A stretch of DNA of 63,960 nt, the filler included, from Ionaspis alba (lineage: Eukaryota), in assembly GCA_964255285.1 (NCBI GenBank). It is 5 parts of 5 records of this genome, joined end to end, with 100 filler letters (N's around TTAATTAATTAA, not from the genome) between each part and the next. Parts side by side here need not be neighbours in the genome. Positions count along the whole stretch, not along the records: positions 39,654 to 52,745 come from CAXUUL010000477.1; positions 52,846 to 63,960 come from CAXUUL010000567.1; 3 more parts are not named here. One strand, given 5' to 3'. A program made the position numbers and the translations under genes. Numbering within the stretch: the first letter of the stretch is position 1; each line of letters opens with the position of its first letter. The notes beneath the pieces are model-generated. The model did not search any database, was not told the origin of the DNA, and saw only the letters and a program-made list of their open reading frames with translations. This document shows, in pieces, positions 49,877 through 61,562 of this stretch.

Positions 49877-51372
49877 ATGGCATGGCTGGATCGAGTTACG
49901 CACAGTTTGCGCACGACTTGGCCACTGTCATTATGTACACATCAGGAAGAGCCTCTTGATGAGGAATGGCCGCCATCTTGTGAGAGTCCCATGGGAGTAA
50001 ATGCAGAAGCAGTACTGATCGGGTATCAGGGCCACCGTTGGAGAAACCATCGTACTATCAACAGCCGGCACGGATGACCTCCGCAAGACTCGATTTCGGC
50101 ATCTCAAGGCCAATCTCGCAGACTTATCAAGCTCCTCAGTCGAATGGTGAAAGCCGAACGTTCATGTCGAGGGCATCAAGCAGAGCAAGTCTTGCAATAA
50201 GGAGACACGGGTCTAATGCATCACGTCGTCCAATTATCTCCGCGCCATCTGAGTTCAGAAGGACGGATACCTATAGTGAGCCTCCACAAAAAGCCTTCCG
50301 CCCATTGGAGTTGAGCATCTACCTGCCAGGCAACGAGCTTCGCCCGCTCCCCACCTTCAGCAACGGACCAGCTCCTGACATTACTGTTCCACCCATGGCG
50401 CACATCAAGCGACCTGCACTCTCAAGGACTCCAACAAATTTCAGCATTCCCCGCAAGCCCGTAGGCTCCATTAGACGGGTCACCCGTGTCATCTCCATTC
50501 ATAGAGACACGGAGGCGGCCTCCATTTCATCAAGCCACCTCGCCCGTTCCAACTCCATTTACCAAACCGACGTTACCACCCTCTCATGCTCCACCCAAGA
50601 CTTCCTCGACCTCCTCGACGACGCCGAACCACAACCCCGCCCACCTGTACCTCTGAGGATCCGCCCTCCTCTGACGCTCCCCAAGACCATTCACCGTAAC
50701 GCCAGCGATCAGAACCTTCGCCTACGCGCCCACCTCGAAGAACGGCAAGAGATGGAATCGCGGCTGCAGGACTTCGACACCATTCTCGAGGAGCTCGATC
50801 ACGTCTCACCGAAGATCGACTACACGGAGGAAGAAGATGCCACCATCCGCTCGACCATCGAAGCAACGCTGCGAGAAAGACGTGCTGTGCGCTCGCTCTC
50901 GGCCACTAAGCCCCTGCAAATAACGCAGACCAGCTCAGTCCTACCAATCTCAAAATACTCGCCTCAATCCCCGTCACGACCACCTCCACCGTATCACAAG
51001 AAATCACCCTCGCTGCCCATTTCCCTGCGCTCTCCTTACCCACCACCAGCCTACGCACTGCCAGCCGCTCCACAATCGGCACCTCCGCAGCCTACTAATT
51101 GGGAGTGGTTCCATGCTGATGCGCACGGGAGTCCAAGCCCACAGATGAGCTTCAGCCCTCACAGCCCACAGCATAGTCAGCACAACCGGCATCCTTCCAA
51201 CTCTACTGTTTCGGACTGTCCGAGTCTGGCTAGTGCATGGAGCACGCCGACGTCGTCGCCGAATGGGAAGAGCCATCCGCTGTATTCGTGTCAGGCGGGG
51301 TTTCCGTGTCGGAATTTGATCTCGGATATGGATAAGGAGGTTGCGGTAGTGGGGTACGGGGTGGCGTTCTAG
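49877..51372 (+). CDS. Hypothetical Ser/Pro-rich protein; probably 2 exons
   Basis: Likely start MAWLDRV at 49877, an intron GTGAGA..ACTGAT..CAG near 49980-50029, then a 444-aa open frame with a structured block ISAPSEFRR..FRPLELSIYLPGNEL. Confidence 0.6.
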
Positions 51373-51604
51373 GGCTGGAGGAATTGATGGGAATAAGGTG
51401 TAAATGGTTATGAAAGGTGGGGGGGAGGTTGTCGGTTTTCGGAGTCATGAAGCGAACTTCTTTGGTAGAGAATTTAACGAATCTGACGAATTTGACATTT
51501 AGCCCTTTTGCTAGCGACTGTTGAACCCAGCTCACGAGTCATGTCACCCTTTCCCCAGGACAATCATTCTTCCTCGCACTTCCCAGATTCTCATCTGCCT
51601 CACT

Positions 51605-52745
51605 TCACACACCACCGCCCAGCCCCCTCAACCTCAGATAAACATCCGTGCCCCAACCCCAAAGACTCTGCACCTCAATGCCACCCCCAAAGTACTCCGC
51701 ATAAGCTCTCCCCAGCGGTAACCCATACCCTAACCCCGCCAAACTACTACTCTCACCCCCGGACGCCGACAGCGTATTCAGCGCATCCATAGTATTATTC
51801 CCCACTCTCCCGCCCAAATCCCCTCCCACCCCGACGCCCACTCCAGCACCAGCACCACCCCCTCTCTCCCTCATCTCCTCCTCCCCAAAAGTAGTAAAGC
51901 TATACCCCCAAATATGCGGCAAATGCTCCGGACTGATCCCACCACCCCTATCTCTTATCCTAATCGTCACACTCGGCGCCTCCGCCTCCCCAGTCGGCAA
52001 CTCGCCCTCCCGTCCCCTAATCGCAGACTCCAAGCTCGTCTTTCTCCCAGCCCCGGTACACGCCGAATCGGCGATCGTGACCTCCACGGGTTCTCTCTCG
52101 CGGCCGCTTTCGACAGTGGCGCGGAAGGCGTTTTTGAGGAGTTCGGTCAGGATGTACTCGAGGTGGGTGGGCACGTGTGCGAGGGTGGCGTCTACGTTGC
52201 CGGAAAGAACGATCCGAGGACGGACGCCGTATTTCAGCTCGCAGATCTCGGAGACGTGGGATTCGCAGTGGGTGATGAGGGGGGCGGGACGGAGGAGGGT
52301 GTCGATGATGCCGATGTGGGAGGAAGGATATGGTTGTTGTGGTGGAGCGTGTGCGGAGGAGGGAGAGGGTGCAGAAGGCGGGTTCCGTGGTTGCGAAGAG
52401 AGGTGCAGGGCGATGTGTTGTTCGGCGATCAGGCGGGTGCCGATGCGGGCGCGGAGATGCTCATCCAGGAAGCGGGTGATGGCTTCGGGACTGATGTAGC
52501 GGCGGCATTCAAGGAAGCCGCGGGCGAGGAAGGGGATTGTGTTGGCATGGGTTTGGACGAGGTCGGCCATGACTTCTGTGAATTGCAGCTCTTCCTCAAG
52601 GGTGGTGATGGAGCGGGAGTGGTAGGGGAGGAGGGTCCGCAGGGAGTGCAGGTAGTTGCTGTGGATGCGAGCGATGTGGGGGTTCGAGACGACTATGAAG
52701 GGGAGGTTGCGGAGGGCGCGGAGGCGGTGCGCGAGGCGTTGGGGG
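51605..52745 (-). CDS. Mitochondrial alpha-ketoacid dehydrogenase kinase (PDK/BCKDK family, Pkp2-like); 5' truncated
   Basis: RLAHRLRALRNLPFIVVSNP, FLDEHLRARIGTRLIAEQH, N-box ELLKNAFRA, G1 DRGGGI, G2 GLGYGLPLGRAYA. Confidence 0.9.
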
Positions 52746-52845
52746 NNNNNNNNNNNNNNNNNNNNNNNNNNNNNNNNNNNNNNNNNNNNTTAATTAATTA
52801 ANNNNNNNNNNNNNNNNNNNNNNNNNNNNNNNNNNNNNNNNNNNN
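52746..52845. other. Artificial scaffold linker (44 N + TTAATTAATTAA + 44 N)
   Basis: Spacer at 52790-52801. Confidence 0.97.
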
Positions 52846-53660
52846 CTCCCCCTCTCCTGCTGCACAAACATATCGCCAATCGTCCCCCCACCCATCGTAA
52901 TGGCCGCCGATCCGGCCGCCCCCTCCAGGAAGCGGAACCCAATCAACATGTTCAGATTACTGCTGACGGCGCACGCGATCGTGAAAATCACGAACAGCAC
53001 GTTGGTTACGTGGTAAAGGGGCAGGCGCCCGTAGAGCTCGCAGAGCGGCGCGATTATCAGGGGCCCGGCTGCGTAGCCCAGGACGTAGACGCTGACGACG
53101 AAGGAGCCAAGGAGGGTGTTGGTGGAACCGAATTCCTGAAGGACTTCCGGGACGCCGGGAGCGAACATGGAGGATGCGAGGGGTCTGAAGTAGGAGTGCA
53201 GCTGTTAGTGTGAGAGAGGAGGATTTGGGATGTAGGGGGTGATGTACGTGATGAAGGTCATTGCGGAGAGAATGGCTATGTTGTTCCATTTCTTGCGCTT
53301 TGTCCAATTCGTTGCACAGGCCGGGTCGTCGGGGCCGTCGAAGTCAACGATGTTGGGATCTCGAGGAGCGGTAATCTTGGCGGTTGTGGCTTCTGTAGCG
53401 CCTGGGGGGTTCTTTTCGAGGTCTTTTTCACTATCGCCCTGAGGGGGGCGATCAACCGTTATGGTGTCTGTGGAGGAGGGCTTGGAGGTTGGATCGCCAT
53501 TGTTTTTGGAGATGCCGGACTCGAAAGACGTTTCTGACGAGGGCCTCTCGGGGGGTATAGTCGTTGTAGTCGTCTGAGGTGTTGGGTCTTGTGTTTGGAT
53601 GATGGCCGGCTTGTATTGCTCGTCCACCTCGATGGCTGCGGACGGGATCTTTTCAGCCAT
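52846..53660 (-). CDS. MFS drug:H+ antiporter (DHA1 family); 3' truncated
   Basis: [66 protein letters not shown]. Confidence 0.9.
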
Positions 53661-54489
53661 TGGGGTTTCGAAGGTCTGCACACAATATCTGTATCAGTAG
53701 GGAAGACATTTCAAGCTGCATAATATCGAAGAACGAAGATAAGACTATTGAATGATTGGAAGTGTTGCCGATGTTGTGAACAGACGTACATATTATGCCC
53801 AGTAATAACTTTCGGGTTTACCCGTCGCTAAGCGCCGAATCCGGGGAAAATACAAGCTTTCTGTCGATGGAATTCTCCCAAGATGCGGATCGTAGTAAAG
53901 GAAGCTTGGTTTTTTGCTTCAATCTTCTTTGGGAATTTTTCATCGAAAGTAGAGACGTATGTCGCATGATATAGAAGCTGCAATCTGGACCTAATAATAT
54001 TCCGATGAGCTGATGAGCTTGAACAACCCCCCTTCTTCGGATTCCCGGCATTCGTATTGTTTCCATCGTGGTTGTGCAGGTAATACCCTTGCATTATTAA
54101 TTATCCCGAAATCTCACCGATCCGGCGGTCGGGAGCTTCGCTTATGGAAGCGCGGGGATAACCCAATACATAACTTGGCATAACTCGCCCTAACTTCTCC
54201 GTCCCGATACGCATCGTTCCCCCATCTCACCTCATTCTGGTCATGCCACTGTACTGCTTTGAAAGGTGCCGCATCTGTTCATTCTATAGAATATCAAAGA
54301 AAACTCAAAAGAGCTCAACATTTGACGCATAAGCATAATCATAATTTCCAATTCGCTTATACTCGCTATGGATATCATAATGATATTTTTAGCCCTCATG
54401 CTTCATGACGTACTCAACCTCTCATCTATGCACAATCACCTCCACTTTCTAGCAGTCTATCCATCCATACTCACAATTCCCGTCCAATC

Positions 54490-57400
54490 TCACTCTATAG
54501 ACAACTCCTTCGCATCACAAAACAAATCAATCAGACACCCTGCTGACCAAGCTTGGGTAGGTGACTAAAAACCCCATCAATCAGCACAATCTTCACAACC
54601 AGCACATCACACACATGACAGAAAACACTCACCGAGTCCCCACAAAATTCCCTATTCCGGTTTGTCAATTCGGTCAGCCCCGCCCACGGACTCTCCTGAA
54701 TCGCCTTCTTACACCCTTGCAGCCGGCGCGTAATCTGCTGGAAGGCCTCCACTCTCTCCTCTTGCGTCTTGCGGCGCATGAGATCGAATTTCAGTAACGC
54801 TCTCAGGAAGAATCCTGTAGGCCACAGCCATTCCGGTCCTTGGTGGTAGTTCCTTCCTTTCGAAGTCGCGAAGTCGGTCGAGTCTTCCGAGTTGTTGTAG
54901 TAGGGCCGGTAGTTCAGATCGGTGGGGTCGAGCGTCGCCATCCCTGTGGGACCGCGGAGGACTTTATCGGCGAGCTCGAGAGCGCCGAGGGCGCGCGAGG
55001 GGGTGAAGAGATTGGGGGCCACGGTCATGGCGATGGGGAAGTTGGCGCGGAGTTGATAGTCTTCGTATTCTTTACCGGAGCGGTAGAGGTCTTTGTAGAT
55101 GCCGCGGCGGTTGATGATGCTGGGGTTGACATCGAATTCGGAGTCTTCGGCTGAGTCGAGCGGAACGTAGTAGCAGCGTTCGAAGTTGGTGCGGATCTTG
55201 GAAGCCCAACTGCTAAGGGTCACGGTTTCTCCGGAGCTGGTTTCCACGCTGGAAAATCGGTAGGTGCCTTTCTTGTGGAGATTAGCGAGCCAGGTTAGTG
55301 TGCTGTACGCTAGACCTGTGATTTCGATTGCGGCGCCGTCACGAGGTGTGCCGGGGACGCCTTTGCTTCCGGCTTTTTCGCTCTCGCCCATCTTGTCCAT
55401 CCACGTTCCGCAGTTGTCCTGGCTTCCGCCAAAAATGATACCGGTTTCCCAGTCGACCTTGACGTCAATCTGGAATCCTTCGGACTTCATTTGCATGTCT
55501 AGATTCGGTCCCGCATTGGCTTCGCGGAATGAAAGTCCTGTTGCATGTCGCTGGAGGGCTTCCTGAATGATCTCTTCGATGGTGGAAGACTTGGAATATG
55601 CTCTTGGGTCGTCGAAGTCGAACCACCTATCGTCGTACGGCAGGAAACGCCGAGCGACCTTCTCTTTCAGCATCTCAATACCATTTGGTACCATGTTTGT
55701 GTAGTCCTGAATGCTTTGCAAGAAGAACCAGATCGAGTCTCTTGAGTTATAGCGAGGCAACTTTCCTCCACTCAATAAGTTCGGGATCATGCCATGCTTC
55801 AGAACACTGGCGAAGGCTAGTATGTGCTCTCTTGCATCTTGGTTTCTGCCTGTCCCCAGGAACAGACCTCTCAATGATATGAAAACATCTCGTCCCCAGC
55901 ATCGAGCCCAATCGGTAGAGAAGTGAGGAAGACCTGCGGCTAAGCTGGGTACACTTTTCGTAGGATAGAGAGAAGCAGATTTTGTATATCCAGTCTGTTG
56001 AATGCTGACCATTGCAAGACTATGGATGAACCTTTGACCATGCTTGACGTCGTCACTCATCAAGCCTACTCCTCGACTAAAAGCAGCGTTGTAAGCAGTC
56101 TGAATGACCAAAGCGAAGTATCTTGGTAGCAGAAAGCTTGGGAGCTGTCTTATCGCATAGAATCTTTCAGCAAGCCATTGAACTGGTTTGCGAAGGCAGG
56201 TGTAACCTTCACGCTGGATCAAATGCTCTAAACGACCTGTGATGTAGTCCAACGCCCATTGCCCATCTCTGAGATGATTGCATATCGGATGTCCAAGGTC
56301 ATTGTGGCTGATAACATCACGAAGTATGCTCCACCACCCTTGAAGACCTGAATATACTAACGCACCGTGATTCGGGACAGCATACACCCCGTCCTTGCCG
56401 CCACTGAAATCACGTTCTTCAGCATCGCATCGGTAGAGGACGAAGTTCAGGTCAATGAGGCCAAGTTCACCAAACGCCTCCTGAGATCCACTAGTGACNN
56501 NNNNNNNNNNNNNNNNNNNNNNNNNNNNNNNNNNNNNNNNNNNNNNNNNNNNNNNNNNNNNNNNNNNNNNNNNNNNNNNNNNNNNNNNNNNNNNNNNNCC
56601 TTTCCTCGACTTTGGGTGCACGCGATGTACCGTGACATACTCCCCTTCGTGATGGATATGCGTTTCATCATAGCCGTCTTTGCCCATTAGAACGTGTATT
56701 TGGTTGAGAAGCTTCTTGATGCCACCAATGCCACCTTCTCCTGCGCCAATCTTGACGGTACGATCTGATGATGCCGACGTGTATAGGCGTGTCTCATGTA
56801 CCAAGTCCACTAATTTCGGATAGATCTCATCATAACCCATAACACTACCCGTAGCACATGCGCACATGTTCACAAGAGCAGCATTCGGCAGTGTATCACG
56901 AGCATCTCGCTTCTGTGCTGGGACCTCATTGTCGTGAGTACAGTCCATGAAGAGGGCGTGAACAGGACTTTGTTTGATCCTTCGCACAATCTCCTGTTTT
57001 GGCTTTGGCTCACCCTTGTCTCCGTTAGCTGAGCCATTCTGTAGGACGGCCTTCTCCTCCCCAGACACTTCGTCGACCTCGAAGCTGCCTATCGGTCTTC
57101 CACCATGTCTATGTACCAGTCTACTGAGCTCTTGAGTACTCCATGCCTGCATGGCTTCCCGAATTAGAGCACTGAGTCCTAATCTTTTAACGAAGACATA
57201 GTCCATCTCTTCTGAGCCGGTGAAGAGTTCTGCAAAGACAGCGATATCTGATCTGACTTTCCTTGCCTGGTCCAGAAGATACTCGGCTACAACCAGAGGC
57301 GTGGAATGACAATTATCTATGCGAAACCCAGCAAAGTGTCTGGCCATGAGGCGCGTGTACTTCGTCATGAACTTCCATAAGAAGGGGTTGTCGTTAGGGC

Positions 57401-59054
57401 AAGTACCATAACGCAGCTTAACACAGTCTTGCCATACAATGACTTCTCTTCGTAGATAAGCTCGTGAGTCGGGTCCGGCGTGATCTTTCATCGCATCAGC
57501 TGCCCATATCCAGCCATTGTTGACAAGTGCGAGACTATCCGGGCTGTGAAATTTCGTTGTAGCATTGAGAGGTAGTCTTGTGAAATAAGATTCGATGAGA
57601 GGGCTCTCCGCGGTAATAGGCCCTGCCTTCGGGCCATGATCATCAAGTCGTACGTACTTGACACGGTTAAACACTTGCTCCATAATCTCAGCCACGTCCG
57701 CATCATACTCTTGGTAGAGAGGAACATTCAGTTCGTCCAGGATCTGAGTCATGGTACTCAAAGCAGCGCCTTGAGTGGGAGCCCCTTCATCTTCGGTATC
57801 GTAACGTCCATAGATCACTGTCAGAAGAGCTGCACCAAGCTGAGGGTCAGGATGTCTGTGATATCGTGGACCCATCTGTGACGATCCAACGAAGCCATTG
57901 TCAAGAAGAAAATCTGCTTGTTCTCTCAAAGACCAATCTTTCACACCCTCCAGGCCGCCAACGCCAATTCCACCGAACCCTGATTCGGGTATTGTGATTT
58001 GGGCTTTCGTCCACGATTCAACAGCAGCTTTAGCCCATCTCTCCACTTCAACTACATAGTATTCCCATAGCCTCAAAGGACTGATAACGTGAGATGTGAC
58101 ACCATCCATAACCTGGAGGAGATCATCTACACCGTGCAGAGTCGTCGGTAGTCCGAGTTTCTTGAGATTACCACTATATTCTAGTAGCGCAGTGTCTAGT
58201 TCCAGAGCGGATCGAAGCCAGGGAGCCGTTTCGACATTATAACCAGACTCCGGATGCTCTTCAAGCCATTTGCTGTTATTGGCAGTATGATTCCAAACCA
58301 CGTCCGTCATCCCGAGCAGGCCATGCTCTTTCTCCATGCTTTCTACTAATTTTGCAACATCCTTTTCGCCATTGGGAAAGCAGACCGGGTCGAATTCCAG
58401 CTGATTGAACATGCTGTAGGGCGAATTGGACTCTCCTCTTTGCATCAATGGAGTGAAGTGGACCATGTTATAGCCCCGCTGTCCAATTCCTTTCAAATGC
58501 TTTTCCCAATCATCCGGATACCTTCCCATGAATTTCGACAGTATCGAGAATATAGAAAGAGCATTGAGAGGAAGGGGAGAGTCGCTAAGCGTGAGCCTAG
58601 GAGAGACATCGATGTAATAGGTGAGTGTTTTGGTAGAGGCCGGCTTTAACACAGTCTTCGAGGTCGAGAATTCAGGTAAAGGAGTGTAGGTGGTATGGAA
58701 AGCAAATGCACCCGCCGAGGTGATTGGCACATCAATCTCTATGATGCGATTGAAGTCGGGGTTAAGTCTAGTAGCATGTCAGCCGCGAAGCATTGGACTA
58801 GCGACTGTGTGATCTACGCACTTGTACTCTGTGTATGCGTCTCTCTCAAATTCGTTTCCTGGAGCTGGAATGTTGACCCAGAGGCTCCCTTCACGACATA
58901 TTGAGCTTGTACCTTCGACGGCAAAGCGTACAGAGTATGGAGGATCCGAAGGTGGGGGAAGGTAAATATATCCGCCTGGAACGTCGGGAGCACCTTCGTC
59001 GGTCAATGGAAGAAGGTATACCTCCTGCGAGGTTTGTAACCCTGAAGGTGCCAT
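54490..59054 (-). CDS. GDB1: Glycogen debranching enzyme (4-alpha-glucanotransferase/amylo-1,6-glucosidase); 3 exons, internal gap
   Basis: HFTPLMQRGESNSPYS, DVVWNHTA, GFRIDNCHSTP, AELFTG, MDCTHDN, WGRDVFISLRG, GTWMDKMG, YHQGPEW, final exon SPTQAWSAGCLID. Confidence 0.96.
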
Positions 59055-59616
59055 TTGGGATTACTGCAAGACAAAGCAGTAGGGTTGTAGAGAAAGTAAG
59101 CCTATTTCGAGAACATGAGGGGTTTGTCCATAGAAGCACACTTTTATCCAAGAAGGAAAGAATGGAGCTTCCTGAGCTCCTAAGTTTATAGGTTACAATT
59201 GAAATGAATAGTGGAGGGATGAGACAGCAAAGTGGGCTTTGCGTTGTTGAGGACAGACATTACTGTTGTTGATTTGGAGCGTAGCTCCCCGGTCGTAATA
59301 ATGGCATCTAGCGACTGCGCAAAAAAAGTCAATCGCTGAAATTTAGCTGGCAGACTACAGGGAAGCGGCATTGACCACGTTTTGTGCACGGGCCATGAAA
59401 GTGGGTTGGCTTTGCTGTTCTCGGCCCTCACACTAAAGGATGACCTCTTCGACATTGCTCAAGCCTGAACATGTACACCCTTTTGCTAGGCTCAGACACC
59501 CAGCAAGTAACGTGTCGTGTCTGACGATGATACTTTTGTCTTGAGAAAGACAGAAAACAGCCGTAGCATTGTGCACGTCATGATTGAGGAAATGGTCGAT
59601 CTGGCAATTGTTAAAG

Positions 59617-60706
59617 ATGCCTCCTATTGCCCGTGGCCAGCTCTTCAAGAGCTTGCAAGATTTCAAAAAGGCACTGCACGAATGGGCCCTTGAGACTAAT
59701 TTTACTCCTGCAATCTTAGATAGTGACAGTCGAAGAGTCCGTGTTGGTTGTCGGTATGGACTAGTACATTTCATTTTCTGCTTTATAGCAAAATAGACGC
59801 AGAATTTGTTCTGATACTTCTACAAACAGAGCAAGTCCGGATTGTCAGTTCAAGATCCGTGCCAATTACGATGAGAGTCATGGTTATGCCAAGGTTACCA
59901 GCTGTTTTGATGTCCATGACTGTTCTTCATTTTCCGGCGAACCGGTCTCTCAACGTGTGAAACGGACAGAGGCAACGAAAATGGCCTTTCTTCTCGAGCA
60001 TGTCCCGCAACTCATCGATGTGAACTCAGAAACATCTACCAAAGCTATTATCGAAGCTATAAAGCAAAAGTATGGCCAGGAAATTGCGATTCGTCAAGCT
60101 CAGAAGGTCAAAGCTCGTTTGGTATCGAAACCGAGAAGTCCATGCTCGTCCTGCGGGCAGTTTCACGAGAACAACAATACCTGCTCAACTCGATCAGAAT
60201 CTCGTCAAGATCTAGAAGAGATCCACTCTAACGAGATCAACAATGACATGTCATTACCCGAGGACCACTTAGGAAATGATGTTTCCCACGCTGTGGCTCT
60301 TGTTGAGAGACGGACGATACCTACGTCGATGCCCATAAGCACGTCCTCAGTGGCTACTAGTGCACTAGCTCTGCCTGCTATCTCGAAAGGTTGTGGACAA
60401 GCCCCTGGGGAGCGCTCAGCTCGAAACTCTCAAGGCACTGTCAGAAGGGTTCCCATCTCACAACCCAGCCAACCTTCTTACTCCGCAGCAAGCGTAGGTC
60501 AACCACAACGCACTGGCAACGATGGAAATTCATCAGCAGGGGATCGTCCTCAGCCCTCTGGGAATTCGCAAGCACCGTCGAAGACTCCTCAAGAGGTTCG
60601 AATGGAGGCTGCTAGACTGATGCAAAATGCCGCCAGATTGATGCAGGAGGCAGCAAGACTCAATGCTGAAGCTGCACGTTTGACAGCCTCGGTTGCCAAT
60701 GTCTGA
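59617..60706 (+). CDS. MULE/MuDR-transposase-derived zinc-finger protein (WRKY/GCM1-type domain plus CCHC knuckle, no DDE core), 337 aa, 2 exons
   Basis: Exons 59617-59753 and 59830-60706 give GQLFKSLQDFKKALHEWALETNF..DSDSRRVRVGC|RASPDCQFKIRANY..VHDC (C-x5-C-x23-H-x-C), then KAIIEAIKQKYGQEIAIRQAQKVK, CSSCGQFHENNNTC and a C-terminal (AARL) x4 heptad. Confidence 0.72.
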
Positions 60707-61562
60707 GTGTCGTCCAATGATGAGAGGCTCGTTAGCCTCGTAAAAGATCTTGAACGGTCGATGAAGATGCCTTAGATCTCTGCATGCTCCTGGGATGTCT
60801 TCCAGTGGAGACGCATGTGTTGGGCACACGTATTGATACGTACAAGTTACCTGCGGTCGAACTGCCTATTTCTCTGAAAGAAACTTGCCAAAGGGACTTG
60901 AACAGTCACCCTTGGTGGACATTTACTTGCAACGATGATGCATGAACAAATCTGTCACACCTGGCATACTATGGCCTGTCATGCAGACGCGTCTCATCCT
61001 CGTATCGAGCTAAATGAGATGGACTTTATGCAATTTTCGCAATTTTCCTTGAACAGGGATCGCTGAGCCTCGATGCTGCAGCCGTCCGCCAAATCCTCAC
61101 GGAAGGCAAATTGTCGCATCCGACAGGCCTTGGGAAAAGCAATAATCATACAGTGTCGAAACGATAATGATAAGCTGAAAATATACGTAGGTTGCCTGCA
61201 GGAACTTACTATTGATTGGGCGATCTCGAGGATCGGAATGCAAGCCTGCATGCGCTAAAACGGTGGCTTGTCCCAATCCGCAAACCTACAACTCTCACGG
61301 TGATGCTGCGATACTATATCGAGGCAAGCTTTGGCGTGTTCACACCCTCACGGAGAATTCGTGGGCCTCGTTCAGCTGAAGGCCACCACAAGAAGCATGG
61401 AGTTGGAGGGGCTCAGGCTGAAAAGTGAGGCTCCGCATAAACGACCAGACCATTGGAGACAGAGGCGGGCGGGTACATGAGCACGACGTGCCTCCTGAGT
61501 TTTCAACTTCTGTATTAGAAACTCTAGCCAATTACTTGTCCAAGAAACTATCACTACACGAC

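Noticed and set aside
13183..52801. Periodic TTAATTAATTAA palindromes as a biological repeat or TTAA transposon target sites
   Set aside because: Always embedded in 44+44 Ns; this is a six-frame-stop concatenation linker.
59060..61500. Intact or mobile Mutator element around the zinc-finger gene
   Set aside because: No DDE domain, and no terminal inverted repeats or target-site duplication visible by eye.
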